The notes: generated by a model not told the origin, from the letters alone. 64,000 nucleotides of DNA from Dehalococcoidia bacterium (GCA_963667465.2 CAXXDN010000001.1:384001-448000); one strand, 5' to 3'; shown: positions 21,649 through 32,604, counted from the stretch's first letter. Program-made: numbers and translations.

Positions 21649-22932
21649 ATGCCACCCGCCGAGGCGGTTCAACCGCACATCAGCACGCTGCCCAACGGCT
21701 TGCGCGTCATCACCACCGAGGTTCCCACCGCCCAGAGCGCCAGCGTCTCCTTCTTCGTCGGCGTCGGTTCGCGCGACGAGGATCCGCGCACCAACGGCGT
21801 CTCCCACTACCTGGAGCACCTGCTCTTCAAGGGCACCTCGACGCGCCCCACCGCGCCCGAGATCAGCGAAGCGATCGAGGGCGCGGGTGGCGCCCTCAAC
21901 GCCTACACCACCCGGGAGCTGACCTGCTACTGGAACAACATGCCCTTCGAGCGCGCCGGCACCGGCGTCGAGGTGCTGGCCGACATGATCCAGCGCTCCC
22001 TGCTCGACAGCGAGGAGATCGACCGCGAGCGCACCGTGGTCCAGCAGGAGATCCGCCGCGGCCACGACGCTCCCGCCTCCCGCGCCTCCGAGCTGATGGT
22101 GCGCGCCGTCTACGGAGACCAGCCGATTGGCTGGCCCGTCACCGGCTCGATCGACACCGTCGAGGCCCTGAGCCGCGAGGACTTCGTCTCCCACGTGGAG
22201 CGCTTCTACGGCGCGGAGAACTCGGTGCTGTCCGTCGCCGGCAACGTCACGCACGCGTGGGTCGCCGAGGCTGCCGCGGAGTGGTTCGACGGCCTTCGCG
22301 ACGGCGCGGCCTGCGCTCCGTCGGCCGCCGAGCACGGTCTGCCCGCTGAGCCGATCATCATCGAGGAGCGCGAGATCGAGCAGACCAACATCCGGCTCGC
22401 CGTGCAGGGACCAGCGCGACGCGATCCGGACCGCTACGCGTTGGCGCTGCTGCACACCGTGCTGGGACGCGGCATGTCCTCCCGGCTCTTCCAGGAGGTG
22501 CGCGAGCGCCGGGGGCTCGCCTACTCCGTCGCATCGGGCGTCGCGCAGCACCAGGACATCGGCTCGTTCATCGTGAGCGCGGGCGTCTCGCGCGATCAGC
22601 AGGAGGAGGCCTTGCAGGTGATCGTCGGCGAGCTGCAGCGCGCCGCCGCCGAGCCCGTCAGCGACGAGGAGTTGCAGCGCGCCAAGGACTTCGCCGCCGG
22701 AACCTTCCGGCTCTCGATGGAGACGCCGATGGCGCTCGGCCAGCACTTCGGCTCGCAGCTGCTGCAGGACGGCGAGATCGAGCTGCCGGGCGACACCGTC
22801 GCGCGCATCCGCGCCGTCGAGGCCGGCGCTGTGCAGGCCGTCGCCCAGCGGCTGTTCGGTGGTGACTACGCGCTCGCCGTCGTCGGCCCCTCGGCCCCGG
22901 CGGATCGCCTCGGCGCGATCCTCGCCGCCTGA
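21649..22932 (+). CDS. M16 family (insulinase/pitrilysin) zinc peptidase
   Basis: HYLEH inverted Zn motif, NAYT, SSRLFQEVRERRGLAY. Confidence 0.93.
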   Translation: MPPAEAVQPHISTLPNGLRVITTEVPTAQSASVSFFVGVGSRDEDPRTNGVSHYLEHLLFKGTSTRPTAPEISEAIEGAGGALNAYTTRELTCYWNNMPFERAGTGVEVLADMIQRSLLDSEEIDRERTVVQQEIRRGHDAPASRASELMVRAVYGDQPIGWPVTGSIDTVEALSREDFVSHVERFYGAENSVLSVAGNVTHAWVAEAAAEWFDGLRDGAACAPSAAEHGLPAEPIIIEEREIEQTNIRLAVQGPARRDPDRYALALLHTVLGRGMSSRLFQEVRERRGLAYSVASGVAQHQDIGSFIVSAGVSRDQQEEALQVIVGELQRAAAEPVSDEELQRAKDFAAGTFRLSMETPMALGQHFGSQLLQDGEIELPGDTVARIRAVEAGAVQAVAQRLFGGDYALAVVGPSAPADRLGAILAA

Positions 22933-22943
22933 GCCGCCCGCCG

Positions 22944-23585
22944 ATGAACGCGCCGCGCACGAACCTCATCCTGCTGCCGGGCGCACCCGTCGCCGCCAGC
23001 CGCGCCGACGCCGTCACCAGTGCTCCCGACGCCACCGCGGCCGCGCGCGCGGCCGGCGTCCCGGTCCAGGTCCGGCTCACCCATCCTCGCGAGGGACTGC
23101 TGCGCGAGCAGCTCGAGGGACTCGACGGCCCGGTTGCCAGCGTGCTGCTCGCCTCGGTCATGCAGCCGCAGGACCTGCGGACCGCCGACGTGGAGCTGCG
23201 CCGCCACGAGCTGCACGCTGGGCTCACGCCGGGCAGCGTCGGCCTCATCCCGGAGATCGGGAGCGCCGCCGCCATCGAGCGGCTGCCGCAACTGCTCGCC
23301 GCCGTCGACCGCATCGCGAGCGTCGGCCTCGACATCGAGGCGATCGCCGCGAGCCTCGGCGCGCCCGACGAGCACGCCGAGGCGCTGCAAGCGCCGGTCC
23401 TGGGGCGTGTCGCACTCGCGGCCAGTGCTGCGAACGTGCCCTGGACCGTCGGGGCGCCGGGCTTCTCGCCCGGCGACCGCGCGCGGCTCGCGGCGCGCGC
23501 CCACGCGCTGGGCGCCTCGGGGGTCTGCGTGCTGGCCGAGTCGGAGGTGGCGGGCCTCAACGCGCTGTTCTCCGGCGACGCCTAG
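22944..23585 (+). CDS. Divergent HpcH/citrate lyase beta-like TIM-barrel protein
   Basis: VQVRL, DVELRRHE...G...GSVGLIPEIGSAAAIERL, RIASVGL...ASLG resemble CitE. Confidence 0.55.
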   Translation: MNAPRTNLILLPGAPVAASRADAVTSAPDATAAARAAGVPVQVRLTHPREGLLREQLEGLDGPVASVLLASVMQPQDLRTADVELRRHELHAGLTPGSVGLIPEIGSAAAIERLPQLLAAVDRIASVGLDIEAIAASLGAPDEHAEALQAPVLGRVALAASAANVPWTVGAPGFSPGDRARLAARAHALGASGVCVLAESEVAGLNALFSGDA

Positions 23586-23599
23586 CCTGTCCTCGGTCG

Positions 23600-24103
23600 C
23601 TACTCGATCCGGCCCAGCCTTCGCAGCAGCGCGCGGACTTCCCCCACCACGCGGCGGTGTCGTCGCTCCAGCCTGCCCCGCGCACGCGCAACGTACGCGC
23701 CTCCCGCGGCATCGAGGCGCCCGCTCGCCAGCGCCGCCTCCACCTCGTCCTCGTCCTCCCAGCGCGCCCGGACGCGACCCGCCGCGTCGACGCGCACCAC
23801 GAGGTCGAGCAGCAGATCGAGGTAGCGCACCTCGTCCCCGTCGATCGCGACGTCGCGCAGCACGTCGAAGCGACTCAGCACCTCGCGACCGGCGTCCGGC
23901 GCGCCGGGCGGGCGCACGATGTGGTAGCAGCCATACGGGCGGCGTGGCCAGAAGCAACCGTACGAGTCCAGCGAGTCGGCGCCGCGTTCGATGCGATAGA
24001 GCACGAGCAGCAGGCTCGGGCTGCGGTGCACCAGCTCGGTCGCGAAGCGCTCCTCGCCCCCGCCGAGCTTGCGCTTGACCTCGATGATCTCGCCCTCGGC
24101 CAT
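23600..24103 (-). CDS. DUF402 domain protein
   Basis: VRYLDLLLDLVV...WEDEDEV motif. Confidence 0.75.
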   Translation of the reverse strand: MAEGEIIEVKRKLGGGEERFATELVHRSPSLLLVLYRIERGADSLDSYGCFWPRRPYGCYHIVRPPGAPDAGREVLSRFDVLRDVAIDGDEVRYLDLLLDLVVRVDAAGRVRARWEDEDEVEAALASGRLDAAGGAYVARARGRLERRHRRVVGEVRALLRRLGRIE

Positions 24104-24146
24104 CCGACCCGATCCCCCGGCGCTAGACTACGAGACCGGAGGCCCC

Positions 24147-24857
24147 ATGACCGCACCGCCCCGGCGTACGGCCGTCGTGACGGGCGCGAACCGCGCCGAC
24201 GGCATCGGCCTCGCGCTCGTACGCGAGTTGCGCGCCCGCGGCTGCGCTCCGGTCGTCGGCACGTACCGCGATCCGGCCACCAGCGACGCACTGCTCGAAG
24301 CGGCTGCCGCGGACCCGGACGTGCTCGCCGCCGAGCTCGATGTCACCTCGGAGCCGTCGGTCGCGGCGTTCGCGCAGTGGTGTGCGCGGCGCCTCGAGCG
24401 GGTCGGCCTGCTGGTGAACAACGCAGGCCTGGGCAGCGTGACCGGTTCGATCGTGACCGCGCCGCTCGAGGACCTCGAGGAGCAGTTGCAGGTACACGGG
24501 CTCGGCATGCTGCGCGTGACGCGCGCGCTGCTGCCGCTGCTGGGCCCCGGCTCGGTGGCGGTCAGCATCTCGTCCAGCCTCGGCAGCATCGCCGACATGA
24601 ACGAGGGCTCCACCTACTACGCGCCCGCCAAGGCGTTCCAGAACGCCCTCACGAGGCAGCTCGCCGCGACCGTGCGGCGCGACGGTGTGATCGCGTTCTC
24701 CGCCTGCCCGGGCTGGGTCGCGACCTCGATGGGCGGTTCCGGCGCGCAGTTGACGCCCGCGGATTCGGCGCGCCAGCTGGCCGATCTCGCGCTCGGCGCG
24801 GGGCCGGAGGACGCCGGCACATTCCGCAGCCTCGACGGCGGTGTGATCGCCTGGTGA
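24147..24857 (+). CDS. SDR family oxidoreductase (C-factor-like)
   Basis: VVTGANR..GIG, LLVNNAG, ISSSLGSI, YAPAK, PGWVATSMGG. Confidence 0.9.
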   Translation: MTAPPRRTAVVTGANRADGIGLALVRELRARGCAPVVGTYRDPATSDALLEAAAADPDVLAAELDVTSEPSVAAFAQWCARRLERVGLLVNNAGLGSVTGSIVTAPLEDLEEQLQVHGLGMLRVTRALLPLLGPGSVAVSISSSLGSIADMNEGSTYYAPAKAFQNALTRQLAATVRRDGVIAFSACPGWVATSMGGSGAQLTPADSARQLADLALGAGPEDAGTFRSLDGGVIAW

Positions 24858-24885
24858 GCCCCGCCGTCCGCGCGAGCGAACGCAG

Positions 24886-25671
24886 TCACTCGAGGACCAC
24901 GAGCCAGGCGATCAGCGGGTTCGGCCCGCCGTTCGGATCGGAATCGAGCCCGACGGCGACCCTGTCGCCCTCGCGGAGTTCGAGCGGGCCGGCCACCACG
25001 AGGTAGCTCGTACCCGGCGCATCGCCGGCGCTGACCCGATCCCCGAAGACCATGTCGGCACGGGGTATCGCGTGGTCGCCCGCGATGTCTTCGAGCAGGA
25101 TCGCGGCGCCCTCGACGGTGACGACCGTGCCGCTCACCGCCGCCTCGCCGGCCCAGCGCATTACGCCACCGTCGCCGACATGCACGCGGTGCCGCCCGCC
25201 GAGGGCGTCCCGCAGCACGACGCGGAAGCCCGGAGTGAGCACCGCGGCGCAAGCGACGCCGGGCTGCGCAACGCCGAGGCAGGCATCCGGCCACTCGACC
25301 GCCTCCGCGACCTCCACGGTCAGGTCGGTCGCTGGCGCGCCCAGCCACTCGGCCATCAACTCGATCGCGTTCCCGGTCACCAGCTCCAGCGGTTGCTCGT
25401 CGCTCGCCGGCTGATCGCCGGAGGGCGCCGTCGGGGTCGCGGTCGCAAGCGCGGTCGGACTCACCGCCGGCGAGGGCGACGCTGTTGGCGGCGGCGGCGT
25501 AGCGGTCGGTGGCGCAGCGGTCGCCGTTGCACCCGCGGTCCCGGTCGGCGCGGCCGGGCCGGACGGGGTCGGCGAGTCGGCGACGGGGCTGCGCGGCGGC
25601 GGGCTGTCCGTAGACGAGCACGCGACGAGCAGCAGCATCGCTCCGAGCAGCAGCGTCACCCGGCCGATCAT
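24886..25671 (-). CDS. Putative lipoprotein with Pro/Thr linker
   Basis: Lipobox LVAC; EAVEWPDACLG..PG..CAAVLTPGF motif. Confidence 0.7.
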   Translation of the reverse strand: MIGRVTLLLGAMLLLVACSSTDSPPPRSPVADSPTPSGPAAPTGTAGATATAAPPTATPPPPTASPSPAVSPTALATATPTAPSGDQPASDEQPLELVTGNAIELMAEWLGAPATDLTVEVAEAVEWPDACLGVAQPGVACAAVLTPGFRVVLRDALGGRHRVHVGDGGVMRWAGEAAVSGTVVTVEGAAILLEDIAGDHAIPRADMVFGDRVSAGDAPGTSYLVVAGPLELREGDRVAVGLDSDPNGGPNPLIAWLVVLE

Positions 25672-25830
25672 CGGTGATCCCTTCCGATCCCCTCCTTCGA
25701 GGATAGTGCGGCGCGGCCTGCGGTATCATGTCCCGGACACCGCGCGCGGCTCCGGCGCCGATGCGCGGTGTGTTCGTGCGCCTCGCTGTGCGGCGCATGA
25801 GCCAGCAGGATGCGGACGCGAGGACGAGCA

Positions 25831-27147
25831 ATGCCGGCAACGGTGATCATCGGCGGGCAGTGGGGCGACGAGGGCAAGGGCCGCGTCGTCGACTTCTTCG
25901 CACGGAGCTGTTCCGTGATCGCCCGCTACTCGGCGGGCAGCAACGCCGGCCACACCATCGTCAACGAACTCGGGAAGTTCGGCCTGCACCTCGTGCCGGC
26001 GGGCATCTTCCACGCGGAAACCACGTGCATCATCGGCAACGGCGTGGTCATCAACCCGCACTCGCTGATCGAGGAGCTGGACATGCTCGCCAGCCGCGGC
26101 GTCGACACCTCGCGGGTCCGCGTCAGCGACCGCGCACACGTCGTGATGCCGTGGCACCTCGCCATCGACGAGCTGGACGAGAAGATGCGCGGCGAGCACG
26201 CGATCGGCACGACCGGCACGGGCACGGGGCCGGCCTTCACGGACAAGACAGGCCGCCTCGGCGTGCGCATGATCGACCTCGTGCAGCCGGAGTCGCTGGA
26301 GACGCTGCTGAGCTTCGTGCTGCCCTACAAGAATCGCATCATCACCGAGCTGTACGGTGGCGAAGCGCTGGACTACGAGCAGATCCGCGACGAGTACCGC
26401 GAGTACGGCCGGCAGCTCCGCGCCTTCGTCACCGACACCGCACGGCTGCTGCAGAGCGCGCACGACCGTGGCGAGCAGATCCTGCTCGAAGGAGCACAGG
26501 GGACCCTGCTCGATCTCGATAACGGCACGTACCCCTACGTGACATCCTCGGTCCCCTCATCCATGTCTGCCGGGGCCTGCCTGGGGGTCGGGATCGGCCC
26601 CACTGCGGTCGACCGCGTGGTGGGCGTGTACAAGGCCTACCAGACGCGCGTCGGCGACGGGCCGTTTCCCACCGAGCTGTTCGGCGAGGAAGCCGCCGCC
26701 CTCCGCGATCACGGGATCGACCAGGGGACCGGCGAGTACGGCACCACCACGGGCCGGCCTCGGCGCTGCGGATGGTTCGACGGGGTGCTCGCGCGCCAGA
26801 CGGCGAAGCTCAACGGCGTCAACTCGATCGCCCTCACGCGGCTCGACGTGCTCGCACAGTTCGAGTCGGTGCAGGTCTGCGTCGGGTACGACCTCGACGG
26901 CGAACGGGTCGACTCCCTCCCCGCTTCCCTGCACGACGCGAACACCGTGCGGCCGGTCTACGAGGTGCTGCCGGGCTGGCAGCAGGAGGTGTCGGACGTG
27001 CGCCACTTCCCGGACCTTCCCATCGAGGCGCGCCGCTTCGTGCGCCGCATCGAGAAGCTCGTCGACGCACCCGTCGACATGATCTCGGTGGGGCCGGAGC
27101 GCGAGCAGGCGATCGTGACGCGCGATATCTTCGGCGTGCCGCTGTAG
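25831..27147 (+). CDS. purA: Adenylosuccinate synthetase
   Basis: GGQWGDEGKG, NAGHT, EGAQG, GTTTGRPRRCGWFD. Confidence 0.98.
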   Translation: MPATVIIGGQWGDEGKGRVVDFFARSCSVIARYSAGSNAGHTIVNELGKFGLHLVPAGIFHAETTCIIGNGVVINPHSLIEELDMLASRGVDTSRVRVSDRAHVVMPWHLAIDELDEKMRGEHAIGTTGTGTGPAFTDKTGRLGVRMIDLVQPESLETLLSFVLPYKNRIITELYGGEALDYEQIRDEYREYGRQLRAFVTDTARLLQSAHDRGEQILLEGAQGTLLDLDNGTYPYVTSSVPSSMSAGACLGVGIGPTAVDRVVGVYKAYQTRVGDGPFPTELFGEEAAALRDHGIDQGTGEYGTTTGRPRRCGWFDGVLARQTAKLNGVNSIALTRLDVLAQFESVQVCVGYDLDGERVDSLPASLHDANTVRPVYEVLPGWQQEVSDVRHFPDLPIEARRFVRRIEKLVDAPVDMISVGPEREQAIVTRDIFGVPL

Positions 27148-27183
27148 CCGGCGCCTCGAGGGAACGCGGAGAGGGAGACGACG

Positions 27184-27705
27184 ATGGAGCACCTGCTGCC
27201 CGGGTTCCATGTGCTGTTCGCCGCGCTGCTCGTCGGAGGCCAGGTGCTGCTCGTCTTCGCCGTCATGCCCTCCACCTGGCTGATCGAGGACGAGGGGCTG
27301 CGGCGGCGCGTCACGCTCGTCGTCGCGCACCGCTTCACCTGGATCGTCGGCATCTCGCTCGTCGGGTTGATCGTGACGGGGCTCGCACAGTTCTACACGG
27401 ACATCTTCGTCCCGCCCGACGTCCGCGAGAACATGACGGAGTTCCACTTCGGGCGCGTCTTCATGGTGAAGATGCTGTTCGTCACGATCCTGATCATCAT
27501 GATCGCCGTACACGGCGCGGTCTTCGGCCAGCGCATCGGCCGCATCTCGGACGCCGTCCAGGCCGGCGAGATCGACCGTGGCGAGCTGGAGCAGGCGCGC
27601 CGCACCTCGCTGGTCTTCTCCACGCTCATGGTGCTGGTCTCGATCGCGCTGGTCTTCCTCGGGGCCACCCTCGGCAATCACGCCTACTCGCACGACCCGC
27701 TCTAG
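27184..27705 (+). CDS. Four-TM membrane protein (CopD/DUF4149-like)
   Basis: HVLFAALLVGG, four TM helices with conserved His, KMLFV. Confidence 0.65.
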   Translation: MEHLLPGFHVLFAALLVGGQVLLVFAVMPSTWLIEDEGLRRRVTLVVAHRFTWIVGISLVGLIVTGLAQFYTDIFVPPDVRENMTEFHFGRVFMVKMLFVTILIIMIAVHGAVFGQRIGRISDAVQAGEIDRGELEQARRTSLVFSTLMVLVSIALVFLGATLGNHAYSHDPL

Positions 27706-27709
27706 CAGC

Positions 27710-28261
27710 GTGAGCGCTGCCCTCGAGGCGCCCCGCCACCTGCGCACGCTGCCAGACCTGCTGCGGCCCGGCCTCGACCTCGTGTTTGTCGGCATCAACC
27801 CCGGCGAGCGCTCGGCGCGGGTCGGCCACTACTACGGCCACCCCGGCAACGCCTTCTGGCCCACCCTCTCGGCAAGCGGCCTCGTGCCGGAGCCCGTCGG
27901 CCCCGAGGACGACCGCCGCCTCCCCGCCGAGTGCGGCATCGGCTTCACCGACGTGGTGAAGCGCGTGCAGACGGACAGCACGCGCGTGAACGACGCCGAG
28001 TTGCGGGCGTCCGGCCCGGCCTTCCGCCGCCGCATCGCCTACGCCTCGCCGCGCGCGGTCTGCTTCACGACGACGCGCGCCTTCGACGTGCTGCACCCGC
28101 GCGTCCGCCCCGCGCGCAGCTGGGGTCGCCAGCCCGTCCGGGTCGCGGGCGCCGAGGCCTGGGTGATGCCCTCGACGTCCGGCCGGGCCGCCGGCTACCG
28201 CGACGAGGCGCAGCGCGTGCTGCGCGAGCTGGCGGCCGCCCTCGGGCGGGTGGCGCCGTGA
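27710..28261 (+). CDS. mug: Mismatch-specific uracil/thymine DNA glycosylase
   Basis: LVFVGINPG, GHYYGHPGNAFW, MPSTSG. Confidence 0.9.
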   Translation: MSAALEAPRHLRTLPDLLRPGLDLVFVGINPGERSARVGHYYGHPGNAFWPTLSASGLVPEPVGPEDDRRLPAECGIGFTDVVKRVQTDSTRVNDAELRASGPAFRRRIAYASPRAVCFTTTRAFDVLHPRVRPARSWGRQPVRVAGAEAWVMPSTSGRAAGYRDEAQRVLRELAAALGRVAP

Positions 28262-28770
28262 GCGAAGAGCAGCGCTACCGGCCGGACGACGAGTGCCCAC
28301 TGTTCAGCGAGCGCCTCGAGGAGCTGCTCGTCGCCGTCACGCGCGGCGAGTCGCCGAACGCCGGCCGCTTCTGCGGCCACTGCTACCACCCGCTCGGCGA
28401 GCGCACGCGGGCCTGCCCGCACTGCGCCACGGACACGGCCGAGCGCGCGCCCGTCGCCACCGTGCCGGACGAGATCATCGAGCTGCTGCGCGCGCAGCGG
28501 CAGACGGAGAGCCGGATCGTGAACGCCTTCGCCTACGCGGGGCTGATCATCGCTGTCCTTGGCGGGCTGGCGCTGGTCCTCGGCGTGCCGTTCCTGCGCG
28601 CCAACCTGATCTGGGCGACGGTCGTCTACGCCGTCGTCCTGCTGATCGGCGGGCGGGGGCTGGCGGGCTTCCTCGGCGGCTACTACGGCGACCGCATCGG
28701 CTACGAACGCGCCCGCCGCACCCTGCGCGAGCAGTGGGCGGCGTGGCTGGTGGAGCGCGACGCGGGGTAG
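28258..28770 (+). CDS. Zinc-ribbon membrane protein
   Basis: FCGHC...ACPHC followed by two TM helices; GTG overlaps mug stop. Confidence 0.7.
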   Translation: MSEEQRYRPDDECPLFSERLEELLVAVTRGESPNAGRFCGHCYHPLGERTRACPHCATDTAERAPVATVPDEIIELLRAQRQTESRIVNAFAYAGLIIAVLGGLALVLGVPFLRANLIWATVVYAVVLLIGGRGLAGFLGGYYGDRIGYERARRTLREQWAAWLVERDAG

Positions 28771-28802
28771 GGTAGGATCTGGATCCGCGCGAGGTGCGAA
28801 CC

Positions 28803-29477
28803 ATGACCGTCGCCGCCGCCAACGCCGTCACCCAGGCACACATCGCCGGCCTGCGTACGCACCTCATCAGCCGACTGACAGGGCTATCCATCCCACGCCT
28901 TCGCTACTGGCACCGGAGCGGCTTGCTGGAGGCCACGCTTCGGGGTGGGCGGCGAGGGACACCACGGCTCTACAGTTGGGTGGACTACGTCCGGCTACAA
29001 CTCGCCTCTGGCCTCGACGCGCAGGATGTGCCAGCTCGGCGGATCCGCCAAGCCATCGACTTCCTTGATGAGTACTTTGAGGAGTGGTGGCTACTCACGG
29101 ATCCGCTCTCAGCCGACTCACGCAGGCACGTGCTAGCAGAGGTCGTCCCCGGCGCGACCCCGTTGCTGGCCGACGCGGCCGGACAGCACGCGATGATCTG
29201 GCAGGAGGCTCCACCCGCGTTCGCTGAAGCCACTCAGCACGCGCTCGCTGACATTGCTTCTGGCGGCTCACTCTGCAAGCTGAGCAACTTCCGGGACTCC
29301 GTGTTCATGAGCCCCCAGGTGAACCTGGCGCAACCGAGTGTGTGTGGCACCGCCCTCGAAACGCGCTTTGTGTCACGCATGGCTTTGGACATGGGCACCG
29401 CCGCGGTCGCCGAGACATTCGTCCTCGACCGGCATCAAATCGACCGCGCCATCGAGTTCGAGGAGGCAGTCGCATAG
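28803..29477 (+). CDS. MerR-like HTH plus DUF433 antitoxin (VapB45-like)
   Basis: RLTGLSIPRLRYW..RLYSWVD HTH; C-terminal SPQVNLAQPSVCGT...QIDRAIEFE; atypical codon usage. Confidence 0.8.
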   Translation: MTVAAANAVTQAHIAGLRTHLISRLTGLSIPRLRYWHRSGLLEATLRGGRRGTPRLYSWVDYVRLQLASGLDAQDVPARRIRQAIDFLDEYFEEWWLLTDPLSADSRRHVLAEVVPGATPLLADAAGQHAMIWQEAPPAFAEATQHALADIASGGSLCKLSNFRDSVFMSPQVNLAQPSVCGTALETRFVSRMALDMGTAAVAETFVLDRHQIDRAIEFEEAVA

Positions 29478-29992
29478 CGCGGATCCTGCTCGATGAGCAT
29501 CTGCCGCCGAATCTCGCTCTCGTCTTTCGGGCACTCGGCCACGATTCCGGCCACGTGATCGGCGAAGGGCTCCGTGAGCGATCGGACGGCGACCTCCTGC
29601 GGCAGCTCCGAGCGCGCGGGTACGACTACCTCGCCACTCTCGACCAGCATCGGCAGGCCGAGGTCTGGTCCGAACTCTACACGCTGATAGCAGACGGCAC
29701 TGGCCGCCTGCTTCGGATCACGCCGCGTCGCTTCAGCGGCGTGAGCGGGTCGAGCCTGATAGCACGGCTGAGCAGCTATCTCGTCGTGGCGTACGATGAC
29801 TGGAGCGGCCATCTCGACAACGAACAGACCGGGCTCATTGACCTCGGCCGGGCCCGCGACAGTCGCGCACGAGGCACCACGAAGTACTCCGCCTTCACAC
29901 GAGCAGAAGTGGCGCAGCTGCTCCAGCAGCAGTTGGGCTCCGGCGGAGCGCCCCGCGTTGGTCGGACACGACCCCGACGGGGCCGCTCCTGA
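29474..29992 (+). CDS. DUF5615/VapC45-like PIN toxin
   Basis: ILLDEHLP, LGHD..HV, SDGDLL, LATLD; probable ATA start 7 nt after GAGGAGG. Confidence 0.78.
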   Translation: MARILLDEHLPPNLALVFRALGHDSGHVIGEGLRERSDGDLLRQLRARGYDYLATLDQHRQAEVWSELYTLIADGTGRLLRITPRRFSGVSGSSLIARLSSYLVVAYDDWSGHLDNEQTGLIDLGRARDSRARGTTKYSAFTRAEVAQLLQQQLGSGGAPRVGRTRPRRGRS

Positions 29993-29999
29993 GCGTCCC

Positions 30000-30896
30000 T
30001 TACACCGCCGCCGTCACGTCGATGCGGTGCTTCGCAAGCTCCGCGCGGATCGCGGCCTGCGCGGCCTCCGAGGGCGGGATCAGTGGCAGCCGCGGCTCCC
30101 CGGCGGTGACACCCACCTCGTTCAGCGCGAACTTCACCGGGATCGGGTTCGACTCGATGAAGAGGATGTCCATCAACGGCAACAGCCGCTCGTGCAGCGC
30201 CTGCGCGTCGTCCTGCCGGCCGTCCGCAGCCGCCGTGACCAGCTGGTGGATCTGGTCGCCGATCAGGTGCGAGGCGACCGAGATCACGCCGTAGCCGCCC
30301 AGCGCGACAAGCTGCGCCGTGTCGCCATCGTTGCCCGACCACATGCGGAAGCCCGCGGGCGCGCTATCGAGGATCGCGGCGATCTGGGCGAAGTCGCCCG
30401 ACGCCTCCTTCACGCCCACGATGTTCGGCACCTCGGCGAGCCGCAGCGTCGTCTCGGCGGCCATGTTGAGCGAGGTGCGCGAGGGCACGTTGTAGAGGAT
30501 GCAGGGCAGCGGCGTGGCCTCGGCGAGCGTGGTGAAGTGGCGCACGAGGCCATCCTGCGGCGGCTTGTTGTAGTACGGCACGGTCAGCATCAGCGCGTCC
30601 ATGCCCGCAGCTGCGCCCTGCGTCACCAGCTCCAGCGACTCGCCGGTCGAGTTCGTCGACGCGCCCGCAACCAGGGCGGCGTCCGGCCCGACCGCGGCGC
30701 GCACCGAGCGCCAGACGGCGACCTGCTCCTCCATGCTCAGCGAGGGCGCCTCGCCCGTGGTGCCGGTGATTACGAGGCCGTCCGAGCCGGAGGCGAGCAG
30801 GGCCCGGGCGAGGCGGCCCAGCGCCTCCTCGTCGACGCCGTCCGCATTGAAGGGCGTGACCATGGCCGTGAGCACGCGCCCGATCTCGTTTGTCAT
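30000..30896 (-). CDS. dapA: 4-hydroxy-tetrahydrodipicolinate synthase
   Basis: TAMVTPF, GTTGE, PYYNKP, YNVPSRT, GVKEA, NPIPVK. Confidence 0.97.
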   Translation of the reverse strand: MTNEIGRVLTAMVTPFNADGVDEEALGRLARALLASGSDGLVITGTTGEAPSLSMEEQVAVWRSVRAAVGPDAALVAGASTNSTGESLELVTQGAAAGMDALMLTVPYYNKPPQDGLVRHFTTLAEATPLPCILYNVPSRTSLNMAAETTLRLAEVPNIVGVKEASGDFAQIAAILDSAPAGFRMWSGNDGDTAQLVALGGYGVISVASHLIGDQIHQLVTAAADGRQDDAQALHERLLPLMDILFIESNPIPVKFALNEVGVTAGEPRLPLIPPSEAAQAAIRAELAKHRIDVTAAV

Positions 30897-30972
30897 GGCA
30901 CACCTCCGCCGGGTTCTGCCTGATTGGCTGGACGCAGCGCGCCCGCCTGTCGGTCAGTTATAGCCCTCTGGC

Positions 30973-31998
<1,026 letters not shown>

Positions 31999-32146
31999 GC
32001 CTCGATCATATCGCGTCGCGTGCTGGCTGCGCGACGGGCGCACCGCCGGTCCGGCTGCGCGACTCCACGGGCACCCGCCATGGAACGATGCGATGTGCTA
32101 AAGTGCACACACAACCGTGTCATTCCGCAGAAGGGCAGGGCCCGGC

Positions 32147-32431
32147 GTGATTGAGTTCCACTCGGCGCCGATCGTCGAGACCTGCGATGTCTGCAGGCAC
32201 GTGGTCGCGCACGACCTGGACTGCGGCTACGAGCACGGCCGGACGAATGTTGCGACGGCATGGCTCATTGAGGATCTCGCCGACGCCGAGTCGTTGCCAT
32301 TGCGCTCGCTCGCGGTCTCAGCAGCAGGCTTCGAGCCCGGCCCGGTGCACCACCTCGAACCCCGCCACTGGTTCTGGGCGATGTGGTACGAGCCGAACAT
32401 CCGAATCTCCCTGAGGGGATTCAATCAGTGA
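32147..32431 (+). CDS. Orphan Cys/His-rich hypothetical protein
   Basis: GTG start; TCDVCRHVVAHDLDCGYEH; stop overlaps next GTG; TGcTAAAGT at 32096-32104 upstream. Confidence 0.45.
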   Translation: MIEFHSAPIVETCDVCRHVVAHDLDCGYEHGRTNVATAWLIEDLADAESLPLRSLAVSAAGFEPGPVHHLEPRHWFWAMWYEPNIRISLRGFNQ

Positions 32432-32604
32432 CCAACCAGCCGCGCATCCGTGACCTCTACAGGGAATACGAACAAGGGCGGATCCCCTTCGAGGACGTCC
32501 TTCGAGCTGCGGACCGTGTGCTTGATCGATTCGCGACGGAGCGAGGATCGACTCAGCCCACGGAGTCCCAGACCGAGGCGCCCCGAATCACGCAGCGGGA
32601 CTGA
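32428..32604 (+). CDS. Small orphan helical protein (58 aa)
   Basis: GTGA coupling to upstream ORF; MTNQPRIRDLYREYEQGRIPFEDVLRAADRVL. Confidence 0.5.
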   Translation: MTNQPRIRDLYREYEQGRIPFEDVLRAADRVLDRFATERGSTQPTESQTEAPRITQRD

